Positions 44,307 through 47,713 of a stretch of DNA of 47,713 bases are shown one piece after another (the first letter of the stretch is position 1; each line of letters starts with the position of its first letter). The stretch is from assembly GCA_944358725.1 (NCBI GenBank), contig CALVRS010000059.1, positions 1-47,713 of the forward strand, given 5' to 3'. This DNA comes from an uncultured Bacilli bacterium. GTDB lineage: Bacteria > Bacillota_I > Bacilli_A > RF39 > UBA660. The notes beneath the pieces are model-generated. The model searched no databases. It was given only the letters and a program-made list of their open reading frames with translations, and had not been told where the DNA came from. A program made the translations under genes and the position numbers.

Positions 44307-45654
44307 GAAACCAGGAATTTTTAAGAGAATTGCACGTTTTATAGATAAAAAGATTATTGTGCCAGTGACTAAGTTTTTAATGAAGATTGTTAAACTTGGT
44401 GGCGCTAATCGTTCACTTGAGACTTGGCTTTCAAGGAGTAATACGTTACTTTTTGTATCATTATTTTTAGCACTTTTAGTTTTTGTTCTTTTTGATCAAA
44501 AGAAGATGCTTTTTAATGATACTAGTGCGGAAGTTTTAAAAGATCAGAAGGTTGAAGCTATTTACAATGAAGAGGCTTATGTTGTTGAAGGTCTTCCTGA
44601 CAAGGTGGATATTACACTTATGGGAAGTAGAAGTGATTTGTTTATTGCGAAGCAGTCGACGGCTTCTAAGGTTACGGTTGATTTGACTGGTTTAAAGCCT
44701 GGTACACATAAGGTTGATATTGAGTATATGAGACCTAATGATTCAGTTGAATATAGTGTTAATCCATCAGTGGCAACAGTAAATGTTTATCCAAAGGTTT
44801 CGGAATCTAAAACTTTGACGATGGATTTGCTTAATCAAGATAGTTTGGATGAGAAGCTTATTGTTGATAATGTTACTCCATCTACTGATAAGGTTGTTAT
44901 TAAGGGAACTGATGATGAGAGTGCGATTAATAGTTTAAAGAAAGTTGCAACAGTTAAGGCTTTAGTTGATGTATCAGCTTTAAATAACCAAGAAGTTGGA
45001 ACTGTTACTTTAAAGGATGTTCCTTTGAAAGCTTATGATTCTAATGGTAATAGTTTAGATATTGAGATTGTTCCTTCAAAAATTCAGGTAAATGTTGATT
45101 TATCTTCTCCAAGTAAGACGGTGCCAATTAGAGTTGTACCTAAGGGTGATGTAACTTTTGGACAGGCTATTAGTTCTATTTCACTTAGTGAGAGTAATGT
45201 AACAGTTTATGGTACGCAAAGTGTTCTTGATGAGCTTGAATATGTTCCTGTTGATGTTGATGTTGAAGGATTAAAACAAAACCGTGAGTATAAATTAGAT
45301 TTGGAAAAACCTAAAGGTATTAAATCAATGAGTGTAAATAATGTAACTGTTGGTATTACTTTAGGGGCAGCTACTGATAAAGATATATCTAATGTTAATA
45401 TTGATGTTCGAAATCTAAATGATAAATATAGTGTTCAAGGATTATCGCAAAATGATATTCAGGTTACGGTAAATGTTAAGGGTGTAGCTTCGGTTTTAAA
45501 TAATTTACAGGCTGAAGATATTACGGCTTACATTGATTTGAAAGATTATGGTCCTGGCGAATATGAAGTAGAGGTTAAGGTTACTGGTACGGATTCTAGA
45601 GTACAGTATTTATCTAAAACTAAGAAGGTTAAAATTAGAGTTGTTGAAAAGTAG
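44299..45654 (+). CDS. cdaR: CdaA regulatory protein CdaR (YbbR-domain repeats)
   Basis: Overlaps cdaA by 8 nt. TM anchor plus repeated YbbR-like beta domains. Confidence 0.8.
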   Translation: MNKKPGIFKRIARFIDKKIIVPVTKFLMKIVKLGGANRSLETWLSRSNTLLFVSLFLALLVFVLFDQKKMLFNDTSAEVLKDQKVEAIYNEEAYVVEGLPDKVDITLMGSRSDLFIAKQSTASKVTVDLTGLKPGTHKVDIEYMRPNDSVEYSVNPSVATVNVYPKVSESKTLTMDLLNQDSLDEKLIVDNVTPSTDKVVIKGTDDESAINSLKKVATVKALVDVSALNNQEVGTVTLKDVPLKAYDSNGNSLDIEIVPSKIQVNVDLSSPSKTVPIRVVPKGDVTFGQAISSISLSESNVTVYGTQSVLDELEYVPVDVDVEGLKQNREYKLDLEKPKGIKSMSVNNVTVGITLGAATDKDISNVNIDVRNLNDKYSVQGLSQNDIQVTVNVKGVASVLNNLQAEDITAYIDLKDYGPGEYEVEVKVTGTDSRVQYLSKTKKVKIRVVEK

Positions 45655-45725
45655 CTTTTAGGCTACTTTTTCGTTGACTTTATATTTAAAAAATATTATC
45701 ATTATTATAAAAGGAGCGAAGGCGT

Positions 45726-46253
45726 ATGTTTGAGAAAATTAGAAATACTTTAATAGCAACAGCTATACTTTATTTGATTTGTGGTATTATTATGTTATTT
45801 TTCCCTACGAATGTTATTAATTTTGCCTGTTATTTAATTGGTATTATATTTATTTTTGTGGCTTTATCAGGAATAATTATGTATTTGAAGACAGAAATTA
45901 AGACGGCTTTTAATAGTTTTACTTTGGTTATGTCAATTATTTTTGGAGCTTTTGGTGTTTATGTTCTTTTAAATCCAAAAATTTTTGCTTCATTTTTACC
46001 AATAGTTATGGGAATATTTTTGCTTGTTGATTCTGTTAGTAAGTTGTCTATGGCTTTTGATTTAAAAAATATGAGTTATAAGAATTGGTGGCAGATGCTT
46101 ATTGTAGCTTTTATGCTACTTGGTTTAAGTTTATTTTTACTATTTAGGCCATTTGAAGTTGTTGAAGTTAGTGTACGGATTATTGGAGTTATTCTTATTG
46201 TGGATACTCTTTCAAATATATTTACAATTTATAGTTATTCTAAAATTAAATAA
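45726..46253 (+). CDS. HdeD/DUF308-type membrane protein
   Basis: Six TM helices in paired repeats; 175 aa. Confidence 0.5.
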   Translation: MFEKIRNTLIATAILYLICGIIMLFFPTNVINFACYLIGIIFIFVALSGIIMYLKTEIKTAFNSFTLVMSIIFGAFGVYVLLNPKIFASFLPIVMGIFLLVDSVSKLSMAFDLKNMSYKNWWQMLIVAFMLLGLSLFLLFRPFEVVEVSVRIIGVILIVDTLSNIFTIYSYSKIK

Positions 46254-46272
46254 ATCTACCTTGTTTGGTAGA

Positions 46273-46473
46273 TTATTTTGTATCTAAATGAACAAATAGT
46301 AGTCCAATGTTAATTAGTCCAGTAATACCGACTAGTGAGTAGATAATTCTACTAAACATGCTACCAGAACCAAATATGGTGGCAACTAGGTTAAAATCAA
46401 ATAGACCGATTAGTCCCCAATTTATGGCTCCAATTATTGTTATAACTAAACATATTTTTTGTAAAGTTTCCAT
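46273..46473 (-). CDS. DUF378-family small membrane protein
   Basis: 'GAINWGLIGLFDFNLVATIFG' is the hallmark of DUF378. Confidence 0.7.
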   Translation of the reverse strand: METLQKICLVITIIGAINWGLIGLFDFNLVATIFGSGSMFSRIIYSLVGITGLINIGLLFVHLDTK

Positions 46474-46572
46474 TATTTCACCTTCCTTTTATATATATGA
46501 TGGCTATATATTTAAAAATTATTCATATTTGAAAATGATTTCCATATAATTAAGCAGAAAGATGGTGAGATT

Positions 46573-46890
46573 ATGAAAAAAATTTGTTTGATTTTGTTTG
46601 TTTGTTTTTTAATGGCAGGATGCGGAAAATATACGGTAAAGGATGCTCAAAGTGATTTAGATAAAAAAATAAATAAGACTGATAGTTATAATTTGACTGG
46701 CGAGATGGAGATAATAAATAATGATGATGTGTATAAATATGATGTTGATGTTTCTTATGCTAAAAATGACAAGTTTAGAGTGTCTTTAAAAAATAAAATT
46801 AATAATCATGAACAAATTATTTTGAAAAATAGTGATGGTGTTTATGTCCAGGCACACGAAAGTACGCAACAAAAAAATTTAATAGTTTAA
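46573..46890 (+). pseudogene. lipoprotein gene truncated after ~92 codons
   Basis: Lipobox 'MAGCG'. LolA-like/lipoprotein-sorting-type N-terminus up to 'LKNSDGVYV'. It then reads 13 unrelated codons and stops, directly followed by the mob gene region. Confidence 0.45.
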
Positions 46891-47713
46891 GGTTATATCC
46901 ACTAAAGGTATGAGAAATCATATCTTTTTATTTTGCTAGATAAGGAGATGATAATTATTAATTATGCAATATTTAGAAGTGAGCCAGTTTATACTTTGAA
47001 TGATTTAGCACAAATTGGATCACATAATAAAAGAGAAAAGAAAGCCTATAATTCTAATCCAAATATTAAATTAGAATTATCTAAAGATAATATTGAGATA
47101 GTACCATTACAAGAGAAATATGTGAAAGGTTTTAAAAATAAAGTTAAAGATTATGAAAAAGAACATAATGAGAGAATGAAAAATGAAAGGTCTGATAGAA
47201 GAAAAACTTTTAATCAAATGTTAAATAAGTCTAAAAATGTAGTTGCTGATGAATTACTTTTTACAGCAACTCACAAGTTTTTTGATAATATGAGTAAGGA
47301 AGATATAAGAAAATGGGCTGATACTTGTATGGAGTTTGTTTATGAAGATTTGGGTTATACTAAAGAGCAAGTGTTACACGCAACTGTTCATTTAGATGAA
47401 GAAACTCCTCATTTACATTGTGTAGTTATACCTTTGATTAAAAAGTTTGATAAAAGAACCAATACAGAAAGATATACTATTTCTAAAAAAGCCTATATTA
47501 AAGATAAAATACATTTATCAGAATTACAAGATAAATACCACCAAAGATTAACTAGTAAAGGTTATGATTTAGAGCGAGGTATTAAAGGAAGTACAGCTAA
47601 ACATCAAAAGGTTAGAGAACTAAAAAAGACTACTAGATATTATGAACAGAAAGTAGAGGTTTTAAACTCTAAAATAGATGAAGCTATGAAAGAATTTAAT
47701 GAGAAACAAAAAA
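46848..47713 (+). mobile_element. left end of a mobilizable element (continues beyond the window)
   Basis: The lipoprotein reading frame loses family-like sequence at about 46848. A MobV relaxase gene starts 100 nt later. Confidence 0.5.
46947..47713 (+). CDS. mob: MobV-family (Mob_Pre) relaxase, 3'-truncated by the window end
   Basis: Open frame to the window end, so it is absent from the ORF track. 'YAIFRSE...GSHNKRE' (motif I, HxxR) and 'HATVHLDEETPHLHCVVIP' (HxDExxPHxH motif III). AAGGAG lies directly before ATG 46947, so the true start may be a near-cognate codon a few codons in. Confidence 0.85.

Noticed and set aside
43497-45725. Absence of glmM after cdaA-cdaR
   Set aside because: The canonical cdaA-cdaR-glmM arrangement is common but not universal. 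A terminator-like hairpin follows cdaR, and glmM may lie elsewhere. Not informative without the whole genome.
13244-46549. Antisense or out-of-frame ORFs inside longer genes: 13244-13564(-), 14796-14993(-), 16199-16405(-), 19223-19459(-), 19831-20235(-), 22105-22293, 22512-22697(-), 23070-23261(-), 26347-26559, 29052-29354, 30934-31269, 33751-34011(-), 34375-34644(-), 38865-39059(-), 39893-40117(-), 42524-42751(-), 46358-46549
   Set aside because: Each is fully embedded in, or overlaps, a gene with clear family motifs on the other strand or frame. Their products are low-complexity I/L/F/K-rich strings, as expected from AT-rich shadow frames.
46907-46946. oriT upstream of the mob gene
   Set aside because: Only a short imperfect hairpin is visible. 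I could not find a nick-site sequence matching the MobV oriT families I remember, so no oriT feature was called.
1-47713. Mollicute-type genetic code (UGA = Trp), considered because of the extreme AT richness
   Set aside because: The tRNA-Trp has a CCA anticodon. thrS and the YfhO-like gene terminate at TGA with normal lengths. Conserved Trp positions are TGG.
1-47713. CRISPR arrays, rRNA genes, integrases or transposases with inverted repeats
   Set aside because: Reading the window, I found no spaced repeats of 25-40 bp. The only tandem repeat is 4 x 10 bp at 16277-16316. No rRNA-like sequence. The only recombination-type genes are the Rpn nuclease and the terminal MobV relaxase.

Overview
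All calls come from reading the sequence and the ORF track and from remembered family motifs. No homology search, structure prediction or composition calculation was run. The window is an AT-rich (about 70% A+T by eye) chromosomal segment of a low-GC Firmicute that appears to form spores. It uses the standard genetic code: tRNA-Trp carries a CCA anticodon, and thrS and the YfhO-like gene both end in TGA. The backbone is the distal end of the ribosomal-protein/rpoA supercluster (rpoA-rplQ ... ecfA1-ecfA2-truA-rplM-rpsI). It continues with housekeeping genes: RNA-modification enzymes, a YfhO-type glycosylation protein, cwlD, htrA, a sleB/cwlJ-like gene, tRNA-Trp, T-box-controlled thrS, two flavoproteins, a polyprenyl synthase, trmL and cdaA-cdaR. 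Several accessory islets interrupt it. (1) Three genes sit between rplQ and ecfA, and ecfT is absent. (2) A thioester-domain adhesin is paired with a sortase. (3) A 1.69-kb AlbA_2/Schlafen-type gene cassette is bracketed by 82-bp direct repeats, with an Abi_2 gene nearby. (4) A Fic/ADP-ribosylglycohydrolase pair lies next to tRNA-Trp. (5) Two paralogous 'XRE repressor + membrane-anchored repeat protein' modules share a ~90% identical 96-nt N-terminal segment. (6) The right edge carries a MobV-relaxase mobilizable element abutting a truncated lipoprotein gene. The best candidate for an undescribed system is at 23.6-27.1 kb. An NrtR-like Nudix/wHTH regulator and a translationally coupled four-gene operon share the same palindromic operator. 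The operon encodes a phage-type dNMP-kinase-like P-loop protein, a radical-SAM::nucleoside-diphosphate-kinase-like fusion, and two tandem dCTP-deaminase-fold paralogues with complementary active-site substitutions.
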